Below are positions 36,329 through 48,591 of a stretch of DNA of 64,000 bases, in pieces. The stretch's first letter is position 1. Every line of letters begins with the position of its first letter. The position numbers and the translations under genes are program-made. Below the pieces are notes generated by a model. The model had not been told where the DNA came from and searched no databases. It saw only the letters and a program-made list of their open reading frames with translations. The DNA comes from Anaerolineae bacterium (lineage in GTDB: Bacteria > Chloroflexota > Anaerolineae > 4572-78 > J111), in the NCBI GenBank assembly GCA_022071955.1, contig JAJVIM010000042.1, positions 1-64,000 on the forward strand, given 5' to 3'.

Positions 36329-37345
36329 ATGCCACGTTCAAAGGGATCCGTAACCATCCACGATGTTGCCCGCGCCGCCGGAGTTTCGGTGTCTACGGTT
36401 TCCCGTGTATTAAATGACAAAGACGATGTTGCCATTGATACGTATGAACAGGTGAAGCAGGTCATTTCAGAGTTAGGTTATACCTCCAGCCTGGCCGCCA
36501 AAAGCATGCGCAGCCGAAAAACAAATGTTATCGGTTTGGTCATGCCTGATGTGGGCGACTCTTTTTCAGTTGAGGTAATGAAAGGGGTCAACCAGGCGAT
36601 TGCCCAGTTTGGGTATGATTTGATTATGTACACCGGCGGCGACGCCAGCGCCAGTTCGTGGCCGGCCCGCGAACAAAAATACATCTCGCTGCTTAACGGC
36701 AGTATTACCGATGGCGTTGTCATTGTAGCACCCTACGCGCTCACCTTTCCCACCACTTACCCCGTAGTAGCAGTAGACCATCACCCCGGCGACACAAATT
36801 TTCCCGCTGTTGTTTCTACCAACCGTGAAGGCGCGTTAGCCATTATGGAATATTTGATTCAACTTGGGCATCGACGCATTGGCTACGTTGGCGGGCGTAG
36901 CGACCTGCAAAGCGGTATTCGTCGATATCAGGGTTATGTTGATGCCTTGCAGCAGGCGGACATCCCCGTTAACCCGGAACTGGTTCAGGAAGGTAATTTT
37001 ACAATTGATGTTGGGTATCGCTGTGGCCAGCATCTGTTGAACCTGCCCGAACGGCCAACAGCTATTTTTGCCGCCAACGACCAATCGGCCTTTGGTGTGA
37101 TTAGGGCTGCCCACGAAATGGGGCTGAAAATCCCCGACGATGTCTCGATTGTGGGGTTTGACAATATCCCGGAAACAGCCTATTTCCTGCCCGGTGGTTT
37201 AACAACCGTAGACCAGAGTGTGCGCCAGATGGGGCTGGCCGCAACGGAAATGCTGGTCAAACTTATTAAAGGGGAGGCATTGGCTGAAACGATTTACAAA
37301 GTGCCAACCCGACTTGTTGTTCGTGGCTCCTGCCGGGCCGTTTAG
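36329..37345 (+). CDS. LacI-family transcriptional regulator
   Basis: N-terminal HTH VTIHDVARAAGVSVSTVSRVLN, periplasmic-binding-protein-like core. Confidence 0.9.
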   Translation: MPRSKGSVTIHDVARAAGVSVSTVSRVLNDKDDVAIDTYEQVKQVISELGYTSSLAAKSMRSRKTNVIGLVMPDVGDSFSVEVMKGVNQAIAQFGYDLIMYTGGDASASSWPAREQKYISLLNGSITDGVVIVAPYALTFPTTYPVVAVDHHPGDTNFPAVVSTNREGALAIMEYLIQLGHRRIGYVGGRSDLQSGIRRYQGYVDALQQADIPVNPELVQEGNFTIDVGYRCGQHLLNLPERPTAIFAANDQSAFGVIRAAHEMGLKIPDDVSIVGFDNIPETAYFLPGGLTTVDQSVRQMGLAATEMLVKLIKGEALAETIYKVPTRLVVRGSCRAV

Positions 37346-37369
37346 TCCCCCATCTTTTTTTTACCTTTT

Positions 37370-37394
37370 CGGTAACGTTACCGGAAACGTTATC
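37370..37394. promoter_or_regulatory. Second LacI-family operator (CGGTAACGTTACCGG plus partial AAACGTTATC) upstream of the sugar ABC operon
   Basis: Same palindrome as at 36274. Confidence 0.55.
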
Positions 37395-37562
37395 ACTACA
37401 CAAGGAGGTGGCATCGGTAAAAAATCTGTTCATATGGAATAGCAAGGCTTCCCTTTCTTCTCTGCACTTGAGGGAAAACTTGCCCAAAGCGGTGTGGGGC
37501 CGAGCATCACACCTACAATGATTTAACCCGTTAAAACGAACACTATTTTAAGGAGAAGAACA

Positions 37563-39068
37563 ATGCGTAAGTCGTTTATGTATACCTTTAGTTTGTTGAT
37601 TATCTTGTCCCTGATACTCGGCGCTTGCGGTGGCGCTGCCCCGGCTCAGCCGGCCGCCGAAAAACCCGCCGCCGAAGCGCCTGCTGCTGAAAAGCCTGCC
37701 GAGCAACCCGCCGCCGAAGCGCCTGCTGCTGAAAAACCCGCGGAACAGCCCGCCGCCGAACAGCCCGCTGCCGAAAAAACTGTCTTGAATGTGTGGTCAT
37801 TCACCAACGAAATCAACACAATGGCTATTGCCTTTGAAGGCAAACATGCCGATGTGGATATTAAATACACGATGATCCCGATGACCAATGGTGAATACCA
37901 GACCAAGCTCAAAGCTGCGTTGGGCACCGCGGATGCCCCCGACGTAATCGCTCTGGAAGCTTCTTTTGTGAAAGAACTGGTTGAATCTGATTTTTTGGCC
38001 GACCTGGGCGAGCTGCTCCCCGACGCTGAAGCCAACAAAACCTATCCCTTTGTGGTTGATGTTGGCACAAACGATGGTGTAACCAAAGCCTACGCCTATC
38101 AGGCTACTCCCGGCGCATTGTTTTACCGCCGCAGCCTGGCCAAAGAGTATTTTGGCACCGACGACCCCGCAGAAATTCAGGCGCTGTTGTCTGACCTTGA
38201 CAAGTTCGTTGCCGCCGCGGCTGTTGTTAAAGAAAAATCTGGCGGCAACACCTACATGGTCGGCTCCAGCGGCGATTTCCAGAATCCCTTCTTTGCCAAC
38301 CGGGAACAACCCTGGATTGTGGATGACACGCTGGTAGTTGACCCCATGGTGCAAAAATATGTTGAAACCGCCAAGCTGTTCCGCGATCAGGGCTACGAAG
38401 CTCAGGCGCAGCAGTGGCAAGAAGGCTGGTTTGCCGGCATGAACGACAGCCTGGTTGATGCCCAGGGCAATCCCAAAAAAGTATTCAGCTACTTCCTGCC
38501 CACCTGGGGATTGCCCTACGTACTGGCCCCCAACGCCAAATCGGCGGATGGTTCGAGCGATACCAGCGGCGACTGGGGCGTTATCAGCGGGCCGCTGCCC
38601 TACCAATGGGGCGGCACCTGGCTGGGTGTGATGAAAGATAGTTCCAAAATGGACCTGGCCAAAGAATTTGTTCGCTTTGCCACGCTGGATCAGGAAAACC
38701 TCACCAACTGGGCCACCGGCGTTTACACCAACGACTACCTGAAGGCCATCGATCCCCAAGTTCCCGCCGACCAGATGCAGGCCCCTGGCGACTTTGTTTC
38801 CAGCCAGGTTGTTGTTGAAAAGATCATTTCTTCCTTTGATAATTCCGAACTCAGCGCCTTTTTAGCCGGGCAAAACTCGTATGCCGGCTTTGCCGAAGCC
38901 GCGCCCAGCGTCAATGCCAAATTGATGACCGGTTCCGACGATGCCATTCAACGAGCGCTCAACGACCCGCTTAACCAATACCTCAACGGCGAAATCACCG
39001 AAGACCAGATGTGGAGCACCTGGAAAGACAGCCTCCGCATTGAATTCCCGGATTTAACCATCCCCTAA
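37563..39068 (+). CDS. ABC transporter substrate-binding lipoprotein (carbohydrate, family 1)
   Basis: Signal peptide with lipobox LGACG, Pro/Ala/Glu-rich linker, SBP fold; strong RBS AAGGAGAAG. Confidence 0.85.
   Translation: MRKSFMYTFSLLIILSLILGACGGAAPAQPAAEKPAAEAPAAEKPAEQPAAEAPAAEKPAEQPAAEQPAAEKTVLNVWSFTNEINTMAIAFEGKHADVDIKYTMIPMTNGEYQTKLKAALGTADAPDVIALEASFVKELVESDFLADLGELLPDAEANKTYPFVVDVGTNDGVTKAYAYQATPGALFYRRSLAKEYFGTDDPAEIQALLSDLDKFVAAAAVVKEKSGGNTYMVGSSGDFQNPFFANREQPWIVDDTLVVDPMVQKYVETAKLFRDQGYEAQAQQWQEGWFAGMNDSLVDAQGNPKKVFSYFLPTWGLPYVLAPNAKSADGSSDTSGDWGVISGPLPYQWGGTWLGVMKDSSKMDLAKEFVRFATLDQENLTNWATGVYTNDYLKAIDPQVPADQMQAPGDFVSSQVVVEKIISSFDNSELSAFLAGQNSYAGFAEAAPSVNAKLMTGSDDAIQRALNDPLNQYLNGEITEDQMWSTWKDSLRIEFPDLTIP
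37650..37780 (+). repeat. Coding tandem repeat (about 42-45 bp x 3) encoding the AEKPAEQPAAEAPA linker
   Basis: Near-identical nucleotide repeats read directly. Confidence 0.6.
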
Positions 39069-39084
39069 GTTCTTGTTATAGTAT

Positions 39085-39120
39085 GGGCCAGTGTATTTCA
39101 AATACACTGGCCCATTTTAT
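39085..39120 (+). terminator. Intercistronic hairpin/partial terminator between SBP and permease genes
   Basis: GGGCCAGTGTATTT/AAATACACTGGCCC 14-bp perfect stem followed by ATTTTAT. Confidence 0.55.
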
Positions 39121-39220
39121 AGGAGTCCGGCAGAACCGGGGGTAGATACCAAAAATGCCTGCCTCTAAAGGGAGCTGCCTCCCACGCCCGGTCTGCGGTG
39201 TTATTTTCACAGGAGTAAAT

Positions 39221-40123
39221 ATGATGGGTCGATTGCGATTAAGAAAAGATCACTACGGATATGTTTTTATCGCTCCTTTTATTATTGGTTTTCTGACATT
39301 TGGTTTATACCCGGTTTACAACACGCTGTACCTCAGTTTTACAGATACAATCCTGTTAAGTAGCAGCGCCAATTTTGTGGGGTTTACCAACTTTGTGCGC
39401 CTGTTTGCTGATAATGTGTTTATGAACGCCATCAAAAATAGCTGGCTGCTCTGGATCCTAAATTTTATTCCCCAAATTGGAGTAGCCATGTTGCTGTCGG
39501 TTTGGTTTACCAGCCTGCGGCTGAGAATTAAAGGTGTTGGCATTTGGCGGGCGATATTCTTTTTGCCAAATTTGCTGATGCCCGCTGCTGTGGCGGCGCT
39601 GTATTTTAGCTTGTTCTCGTTTTACGGCCCGGTTAACCAATTTTTGGTCCGGGCCGGATTTTTATCTGAGGCGATGCAGTTTTTGCAGAATGCTACCATT
39701 GCCCGCGGCCTTGTGGTTTTCATTCAGTGGTGGATGTGGTACGGCCCAACCATCATTTTGCTGATGGCCGGGATGACCGCCATTCCCGTTTCGCTGTATG
39801 AATCGGCCATGATCGACGGCGCCAACGAGCAGCAGATGTTCTGGCGGATAACACTGCCGCTGCTAAAACCCATCCTGATTTATATTTTTGTCACGTCGCT
39901 GGTTGGCGGGATGCAAATGTTTGATATTCCCTACCTTTTAACGGACGGCCGCGGCTCGCCCAGCGGTTCCATTATGACCAACAACATCCTGATGTATCTG
40001 AAATTTGCCAGCAGTAAAGGTCACATTGGCGCGGCGTCGTCTGTTGGGGTTTTGGTTTTTATTATGACCTGCGTTTGTGCGCTCGGCATCTTTTATTTTT
40101 TACGAGAAAAAGACCATCGTTGA
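39221..40123 (+). CDS. Sugar ABC transporter permease (MalF/UgpA-like)
   Basis: Six TM helices, EAA-like loop; RBS AGGAG. Confidence 0.85.
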   Translation: MMGRLRLRKDHYGYVFIAPFIIGFLTFGLYPVYNTLYLSFTDTILLSSSANFVGFTNFVRLFADNVFMNAIKNSWLLWILNFIPQIGVAMLLSVWFTSLRLRIKGVGIWRAIFFLPNLLMPAAVAALYFSLFSFYGPVNQFLVRAGFLSEAMQFLQNATIARGLVVFIQWWMWYGPTIILLMAGMTAIPVSLYESAMIDGANEQQMFWRITLPLLKPILIYIFVTSLVGGMQMFDIPYLLTDGRGSPSGSIMTNNILMYLKFASSKGHIGAASSVGVLVFIMTCVCALGIFYFLREKDHR

Positions 40124-40168
40124 TGACCGTTTGGGGTGGAAAATAATGCAAAAACCGGAGATGTTGCG

Positions 40169-41014
40169 ATGCTGAACACTTATAAATTGAACACACTGAT
40201 CCTGCGTGGATTTATCTATATTATCCTGTTTGTCCTGTTAATTGTCACCATTGTGCCGATTTGGCTGTTAATTGTAAATTCAACCCGCTCTACCGTTGAA
40301 ATTCAACAGGGGTTGAGTTTTATGCCCAGCACCCATTTGGTTGAAAATTACGGCATTCTGCTCGGCCGGGGATTGAACCTGTGGCGCGGTTTTTTTAACA
40401 GCCTGTTTGTGGCCGTGGCGTCAACCATTCTGACAGTTTATTTTTCAATGCTCACCGCGTACGGTATTGTCGTTTACAATTTTAAGGGCAAACGACTCTT
40501 TTCTAATTTTATTGTGGTGCTGGTTATGATCCCAATGCAGCTTTCAATTGTTGGCTTTTACCAGTACATGTCAAAACTGGGGCTAACCGATAATTTTGCC
40601 TCGCTGATTTTGCCCACCATTGCCTCGGCCGGCTCCGTATTTTTTGGCAAGCAATACCTTGAGTCGGTGGTGATCAAAGACCTCATCGATGCCGGCCGCG
40701 TTGATGGAGCCAGCGAATTCAGCATTTTTCACAGCATTATGATGCCTATCGCTCTGCCGGGGGCGGTAACGATGGGAATTTTCGCCTTTATTGCATCCTG
40801 GAACAACTTTTTCAACGCGTTTATCCTGATTTCGTCACTTGAGCGCTACACCCTGCCGATGCTGGTGCAAACCCTGCGCGGCGACGTGTATCGCACCGAA
40901 TACGGCGCTATCTATCTGGGGCTGGCTTTTACCGTTGTCCCCATCATTATTATTTATACTATTTTTTCCAGATACATCGTCAGCGGTATCGCGATGGGTT
41001 CGGTTAAAGAATAG
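40169..41014 (+). CDS. Sugar ABC transporter permease (MalG/UgpE-like)
   Basis: Six TM helices; RBS GGAG. Confidence 0.85.
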   Translation: MLNTYKLNTLILRGFIYIILFVLLIVTIVPIWLLIVNSTRSTVEIQQGLSFMPSTHLVENYGILLGRGLNLWRGFFNSLFVAVASTILTVYFSMLTAYGIVVYNFKGKRLFSNFIVVLVMIPMQLSIVGFYQYMSKLGLTDNFASLILPTIASAGSVFFGKQYLESVVIKDLIDAGRVDGASEFSIFHSIMMPIALPGAVTMGIFAFIASWNNFFNAFILISSLERYTLPMLVQTLRGDVYRTEYGAIYLGLAFTVVPIIIIYTIFSRYIVSGIAMGSVKE

Positions 41015-41049
41015 GTTATCTCACATCGCCACATTTGAAAGGTAAAATA

Positions 41050-43656
41050 ATGACCCAAACGAATCACCCCTCCGAACGACTCTATCTCGACCCAACGCAA
41101 CCTATCGCCGCGCGCGTGCAAAACCTGGTCGGCCAGATGACGCTGGCCGAAAAAATCTCGCAGATGGTTTTTACCGCGCCGGCCATCGACCGGCTGGATA
41201 TTGCCAAACACAATTGGTGGAACGAAGGGCTGCACGGCCTGGGCCGGGCCGGCGTGGCCACCGTTTTTCCGCAGGCCATTGGGCTGGCCGCCACCTGGAA
41301 CGAGCAACTGATGCACACCGTCGCTACCGCCATTTCCGACGAAGCCCGGGCCAAACACCACGCCGCCGCCCGCCACGGCCTTCGAGAAATGTACACCGGC
41401 CTCACCTGTTGGTCGCCCAATGTTAACATTTTCCGCGATCCCCGCTGGGGGCGCGGCCAGGAAACCTACGGCGAAGACCCCTATTTAACCGCCAAAATGG
41501 GCGTCGCCTTTGTCAAAGGGTTGCAGGGCGATGACCCCCATTATCTCAAACTGGCGGCCACCCCCAAACATTACGCCGTCCACAGCGGGCCGGAGTCGCT
41601 GCGCCACCATTTTGATGCCCGGATTGATGAACGGGATATGCGCGAATTTTACCTGTTTGCCTTTGAAGCCACCGTTAAAGAAGCCAACGCCGCTTCAATT
41701 ATGGGCGCGTACAACCGCACCAACGGCGAACCGTGCTGCGCCAGCCCCACCCTGCTGGAGCAGATTTTGCGCCGCGAATGGGGCTTTGATGGCTACGTTG
41801 TTTCGGACTGCGAAGCTATCCGCGACATTTTTGAAAACCACAAAGTGGTGGCCACGGCCGCCGAAGCCGCGGCGCTGGCCGTAAAAAACGGCTGCGAGTT
41901 GAACTGTGGCCGAATTTATTCGGTGCTGCTCGACTCCGTTAAACAGGGACTGATTGACGAAGCCGCCATCGATCAGGCCGTGACGCGGCTGTTCACGGCC
42001 CGCTTCAAACTGGGCATGTTCGATCCGCCGAAAAGCGTGCCCTATGCCCACATCCCCATCGACGTGATTAATTCGCCGGCGCATCAGAAACTGGCGTTGC
42101 AGGCGGCCCGAGAATCGATTGTGCTGCTCAAAAATGAAGGCAACCTGCTGCCGCTGCGCAAAGACATCGGTTCAATTGCCGTGATTGGGCCAAATGCCGA
42201 CGACGTACAGATTTTGCTGGGCAATTACAACGGCACGCCGGCCACAGCGGTTACACCACTCGACGGCATTCGCCAGAAAGTTAGCCCGGCCACCCGCGTT
42301 TACCACGCCTCCGGCTGCGCGCTGGCCGACGGCATGCCGTTTTTGCAGACAATTCCCACCGCGCACCTGCGCCCTGCCCATCGAACCACCGCCGAAACCG
42401 GGCTGACCGGCCGTTACTATCCCAACGCTCAATTCAGCGGCCAGCCGCAACTGGAGCAGATCGACAGCCAGATCAACTTTATCTGGAAAGATACCAACCC
42501 GCTCACCGGCCGCTGGGGTGATCATTTCAGCGTTCGCTGGGACGGTTTTTTGGTGCCGCCGGCCAGCGGTGTGTACCATCTGGCCGCCAACGGCTTCAGC
42601 GAATACCGGCTCTATCTGGATGGCGAACTGCTGGTGGACAATAAAATGGAACACCATCCCATCCTCAAATACAAAGAAATCGCGCTCGAAGCCGGCCGAT
42701 TTTACCGTCTGCAACTGGAATACGTGAACGAGGGGCTTGACCCGCAAATTCAGCTTTTGTGGGCGCCCCCGGAACGGGATTACGAATCGGCGGCACTGGC
42801 CGCGGCGCAAAATGCCGAGGTGGTGGTGCTGGTAATGGGGCTGTCGGCGCAGTTGGAAGGGGAAGAAATGCCCATTTTCATTGATGGCTTTGCCGGCGGC
42901 GACCGGACCGACATCAAACTGCCGGCGGCGCAGGAAAATCTGCTCAAAAAAATCCACGCGCTGGGCAAACCGGTGGTGCTGGTGCTGACCAACGGCAGCG
43001 CGTTGGCGGTCAATTGGGCGGCAGAACACATTCCGGCCATTGTCGAAGCGTGGTATCCGGGGCAGGCCGGCGGCGCGGCCCTGGCCGATGTGCTGTTTGG
43101 CGATTACAACCCGGCCGGCCGGTTGCCGCTCACGTTCTACCAATCGGTTGATGATTTGCCGCCGTTTGAGGATTACCGGCTGGAGGGGCGCACCTATCGT
43201 TATTTCTGCGGCCAGCCGCTCTTTTCCTTTGGCCACGGTTTGAGTTATACTACCTTTGCGTATAGCAATTTACAGTTTGACCGCCCGGATGTTGCGGCGG
43301 GCGGAGAAGTGGCTGTCAGCGTGGATATTACCAACAGCGGCGCTCGCGCCGGCGATGAGGTGGTGCAGTTGTACATTCGCCAGGCCGAAGGAGCGCGGTC
43401 GGCGTTGAAGCTCAAAAGCTTCAAACGGCTGTCGCTGGAGCCGGGCCAATGCAAAACGGTTACGTTTTATCTGCACACCCACCAGCTCGGCCTGTATAAT
43501 GAGGCCATGCGCTACATGGTTGAGCCGCAAACGGTGCAGGTGCTGGTGGGACGCTCGGCCGCAGATTTGCCGCTGGCTGCAACGCTCAACGTGGTTGGCC
43601 AACCGGTCGATGCCACCGACCATAAAGTCTTTTTCAGCGAGGTTGTGGTGGATTAA
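41050..43656 (+). CDS. Glycoside hydrolase family 3 beta-glucosidase with PA14 insertion
   Basis: GH3 N-terminal catalytic region (GFDGYVVSDCEA...), PA14-like block (GRYYPNAQFSGQP...HFSVRWDGFLVPP), C-terminal Fn3-like region. Confidence 0.9.
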   Translation: MTQTNHPSERLYLDPTQPIAARVQNLVGQMTLAEKISQMVFTAPAIDRLDIAKHNWWNEGLHGLGRAGVATVFPQAIGLAATWNEQLMHTVATAISDEARAKHHAAARHGLREMYTGLTCWSPNVNIFRDPRWGRGQETYGEDPYLTAKMGVAFVKGLQGDDPHYLKLAATPKHYAVHSGPESLRHHFDARIDERDMREFYLFAFEATVKEANAASIMGAYNRTNGEPCCASPTLLEQILRREWGFDGYVVSDCEAIRDIFENHKVVATAAEAAALAVKNGCELNCGRIYSVLLDSVKQGLIDEAAIDQAVTRLFTARFKLGMFDPPKSVPYAHIPIDVINSPAHQKLALQAARESIVLLKNEGNLLPLRKDIGSIAVIGPNADDVQILLGNYNGTPATAVTPLDGIRQKVSPATRVYHASGCALADGMPFLQTIPTAHLRPAHRTTAETGLTGRYYPNAQFSGQPQLEQIDSQINFIWKDTNPLTGRWGDHFSVRWDGFLVPPASGVYHLAANGFSEYRLYLDGELLVDNKMEHHPILKYKEIALEAGRFYRLQLEYVNEGLDPQIQLLWAPPERDYESAALAAAQNAEVVVLVMGLSAQLEGEEMPIFIDGFAGGDRTDIKLPAAQENLLKKIHALGKPVVLVLTNGSALAVNWAAEHIPAIVEAWYPGQAGGAALADVLFGDYNPAGRLPLTFYQSVDDLPPFEDYRLEGRTYRYFCGQPLFSFGHGLSYTTFAYSNLQFDRPDVAAGGEVAVSVDITNSGARAGDEVVQLYIRQAEGARSALKLKSFKRLSLEPGQCKTVTFYLHTHQLGLYNEAMRYMVEPQTVQVLVGRSAADLPLAATLNVVGQPVDATDHKVFFSEVVVD

Positions 43657-43668
43657 CCTCGAACTGTT

Positions 43669-44595
43669 GTGAACAAAATGCGCCGAGGATCATCGCCCAA
43701 GTTTCGCTACTGGCTGCGGCTGGCGCTCTTTTTTGGAGCGACGCTGGTTGTGGCGCTGGCAATTGTGCCGGCGCTGTTTGGCGCGCTGACCACCCTCGGC
43801 CTGCTGTATGCGCCCTGCAGCCCGGCTGCCGCCACCCCCGCCGATTTCGGCCTCAACGCCGAGCCGGTGACCATTGCCACGGGTGCGGGCGGCGCATTTG
43901 CCGGTTATTTTATCCCCGGCAGCAACGGCGCTACCGCGCTGATGCCGCCGCCGTTTACCAGCAATCGCTCGGTGCGGCTGCCGGAGGCGGCGCTGCTGGC
44001 CAGGCACGGGTATGCGGTGCTCACGTTTGAGTCGCGGCGCTGCGCCGGGTTGGGGCCGCTCAGCCTGGGCGCGAGCGAAGTGCGCGAGGTAACCGCCGCG
44101 CTGGATTATTTGAGCGCCCGGCCCGAGGTTGACTCCACCCGGATTGGCATTCACGGGTTTTCATCGGCGGGGGCCACGGCGATACTGGCTGCGGCGGCGG
44201 ACTTGCGGCTGCGGGCGGTGGTGGCCGAGGGCGGTTACAGTGATTTTATGGCCGGCGCGGTGGGCTACGGCGACCCCGCCCGGCCATTTTCGGTTTATTT
44301 TATGGCGCTCTATCGCGCCGCGATGCGGGCCACCTACCGGCTGGTCACCGGTGCAAGCATTGATAACCTGCGCCCGGTGGCGGAGATCGGCCGGATTGCG
44401 CCGCGGCCGGTGCTGCTGATTTACGGCAGCCGCGAGCCGAGTCTGGCCGGCGGGCGACAGCAGGTCGCGGCTGCGGGACCATCAGCCCAATTGTGGGTGG
44501 TTGAGGGCGCGAGTCACGGCGATTATATGCAAGTTGCCCCGGCGGAGTACGAGCGCCGGCTGGTTGAGTTTTTTGACGCGGCGCTATTGAGGTAA
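43669..44595 (+). CDS. Alpha/beta hydrolase (dienelactone hydrolase/peptidase S9-like), N-terminal TM/signal
   Basis: GIHGFSSAG nucleophile motif; start at 43669 (GTG) or 43678 (ATG). Confidence 0.6.
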   Translation: MNKMRRGSSPKFRYWLRLALFFGATLVVALAIVPALFGALTTLGLLYAPCSPAAATPADFGLNAEPVTIATGAGGAFAGYFIPGSNGATALMPPPFTSNRSVRLPEAALLARHGYAVLTFESRRCAGLGPLSLGASEVREVTAALDYLSARPEVDSTRIGIHGFSSAGATAILAAAADLRLRAVVAEGGYSDFMAGAVGYGDPARPFSVYFMALYRAAMRATYRLVTGASIDNLRPVAEIGRIAPRPVLLIYGSREPSLAGGRQQVAAAGPSAQLWVVEGASHGDYMQVAPAEYERRLVEFFDAALLR

Positions 44596-44631
44596 AATAG
44601 GATTTTTACAAATCCAGCCCAGGAGAAAAAG

Positions 44632-45426
44632 ATGACTGACTCGGTAATTGCCCCAAATCTTATGAAACAGGCCTTGCAGCAGGGAAAATCGCTGGTGGGC
44701 ACGATGGTAGTTGAAATCCGCCAGCCATCGGTGATGCAGTTGCTGGCCAACGCCGGCTTCGATTTTGTGATCATCGACAATGAACACGGCTCTTTTAACG
44801 TGGAAACGCTGGCCGATTTGACCCGGACGGCGCTGTACGTTGGCCTGACGCCGATTGTCCGCCCGCCCGATCTGGCCTACCCCTACCTGGCTCAGGTGCT
44901 CGATGGCGGCGCGCAGGGAATTATGTTGCCGCGGATTTACGGCGTTGAACAGGTGCAGGAAGCGCTGCAAATTATGAAATACCCGCCGGTTGGCCGGCGC
45001 GGCAACGCGATGGCCCGCGGCTTTAGCAGATTCCTTTCGGCCCCGCCGCTGCCGGCGATGGCTCGCTCCAATCAGGAAACCATGCTGATCGCCCAGATTG
45101 AAACCAAAGAAGCTGTAGCCAACATCGATGAGATTGCGGCCACGCCCGGCGTCGATGTGGCCCTGATTGGCCCCAACGATTTATCGATTTCACTGGGCGT
45201 GGGCGGCCAGCTCGATTCGCCGGTGCTGCATCAAGCCATCGAAACCACCATCGCCGCCTGCCTGCGGCACGGCGTTTATCCGGCTATTCACATCAACGAA
45301 ACGGACAAAGCAGTTTATTGGGCCAAAAAGGGGATGCGGGTGATCAGTACCAACGCCGAAATTGGCTTTTTGGTGAAGGCCGGCGCAGAGGCCGCGACGG
45401 CAATCCGGCAGGGGTTTTTGGCCTAA
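44632..45426 (+). CDS. HpcH/HpaI-family 2-keto-3-deoxy-acid aldolase
   Basis: Family fold similarity, IIDNEHG motif; RBS AGGAGAAAAAG. Confidence 0.8.
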   Translation: MTDSVIAPNLMKQALQQGKSLVGTMVVEIRQPSVMQLLANAGFDFVIIDNEHGSFNVETLADLTRTALYVGLTPIVRPPDLAYPYLAQVLDGGAQGIMLPRIYGVEQVQEALQIMKYPPVGRRGNAMARGFSRFLSAPPLPAMARSNQETMLIAQIETKEAVANIDEIAATPGVDVALIGPNDLSISLGVGGQLDSPVLHQAIETTIAACLRHGVYPAIHINETDKAVYWAKKGMRVISTNAEIGFLVKAGAEAATAIRQGFLA

Positions 45427-46325
45427 AACAGCCGGGGCAAAATTAACCCCAACGCCAAAAGCAAACTGAAAACGAGTTCTAACCGGGCCGTTCCCGCCAG
45501 CGCTTGATTGAGGGGACGGCCTTTTTGTTTGAAAATGAGGTACAGCAGCGGGCGCAGCAGCGGCAGCGATAACCAGCTCAGCAGTACCCAGGCCGAACTG
45601 ACGCCGAGCAGAGCCATCAGCAGCGGGGCCAGGTACGAGCCGCCGGCCAACAGCAGATATTCCATTTGCGCGCCGCGCCGGCCCAGCCGCACGGCCATTG
45701 TTTTTTTGCCGGCGGCCCGGTCGGTGTCGATGTCGCGCAGGTTGTTGACGACCAAAATGGCGGTGGCCAAAAATCCCAGCGGGATGGCCGTCCACACGGC
45801 CGCCGCGCTCACCGTGAGCGCCTGCACGTAGTAGGTGCCGCACACGGCCACCAGCCCAAAAAAGATAAACACAAACAGATCGCCCAGGCCGTTGTAACCC
45901 AGCGGAAACGGCCCGCCCGTGTAGGCAATGCCTGCCAAAATGGACAACAGGCCGATGACCACAATTGGCCAGCCGCCCACCAAAACCAGATACACGCCGA
46001 TCACTGCTGCCAGCCCAAAGGTGAGCCACATACCGGCCATCACCTGCCCCGGCGAGAGCAGCCCGGCCTGCGTAACGCGCAGCGGCCCCAGCCGTTCGGT
46101 GGTGTCGGCTCCTTTTTTGTAATCAAACACATCGTTGGCAAAGTTGGTGGCTATTTGGATGAGCAGCGCGCCCAGCAGCGCCGCCAGCGCCGGCCAAAAG
46201 CTGAACACACCTTCACTGATGGCCACCGCCGTGCCAACCGCCACCGGGGCGGCGGCTGCGGGCAGGGTTTTGGGCCGGGCGGCCAGCACCCATTTTTGCG
46301 GGGTTGAAAGTTGGGCGTTAATCAT
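45423..46325 (-). CDS. UbiA-family prenyltransferase, likely 1,4-dihydroxy-2-naphthoate octaprenyltransferase (MenA)
   Basis: Eight or nine TM helices; Asp-rich motifs NFANDVFDYKKGAD and NNLRDIDTD. Confidence 0.75.
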   Translation of the reverse strand: MINAQLSTPQKWVLAARPKTLPAAAAPVAVGTAVAISEGVFSFWPALAALLGALLIQIATNFANDVFDYKKGADTTERLGPLRVTQAGLLSPGQVMAGMWLTFGLAAVIGVYLVLVGGWPIVVIGLLSILAGIAYTGGPFPLGYNGLGDLFVFIFFGLVAVCGTYYVQALTVSAAAVWTAIPLGFLATAILVVNNLRDIDTDRAAGKKTMAVRLGRRGAQMEYLLLAGGSYLAPLLMALLGVSSAWVLLSWLSLPLLRPLLYLIFKQKGRPLNQALAGTARLELVFSLLLALGLILPRLF

Positions 46326-46331
46326 GGGCAA

Positions 46332-46426
46332 GATGAAGGATGACCCCCCTTGCAGGGGGCAGGGGATGAAGGATGAGGGACAATCCGTTTATTGGCTGAT
46401 TCGTAATTCATCATTCGTAATTCATC
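46332..46426. repeat. Micro-repeats in the menA upstream region: 12-bp direct repeats GATGAAGGATGA flanking a 21-bp GC hairpin, then a 14-bp tandem ATTCGTAATTCATC x2
   Basis: Read directly. Confidence 0.5.
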
Positions 46427-46430
46427 ATTG

Positions 46431-48557
<2,127 letters not shown>

Positions 48558-48591
48558 AAGCGGTGTCCTGTGTTGAATCCGGGTTCGATTG

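Noticed and set aside
37650-37780. Tandem nucleotide repeats considered as a possible CRISPR or VNTR locus (similar ones at 55330-55490 and 62690-62900)
   Set aside because: Repeats are in-frame within CDSs and encode Pro/Ala/Thr/Glu-rich linkers. There are no spacer-like unique segments or cas genes.
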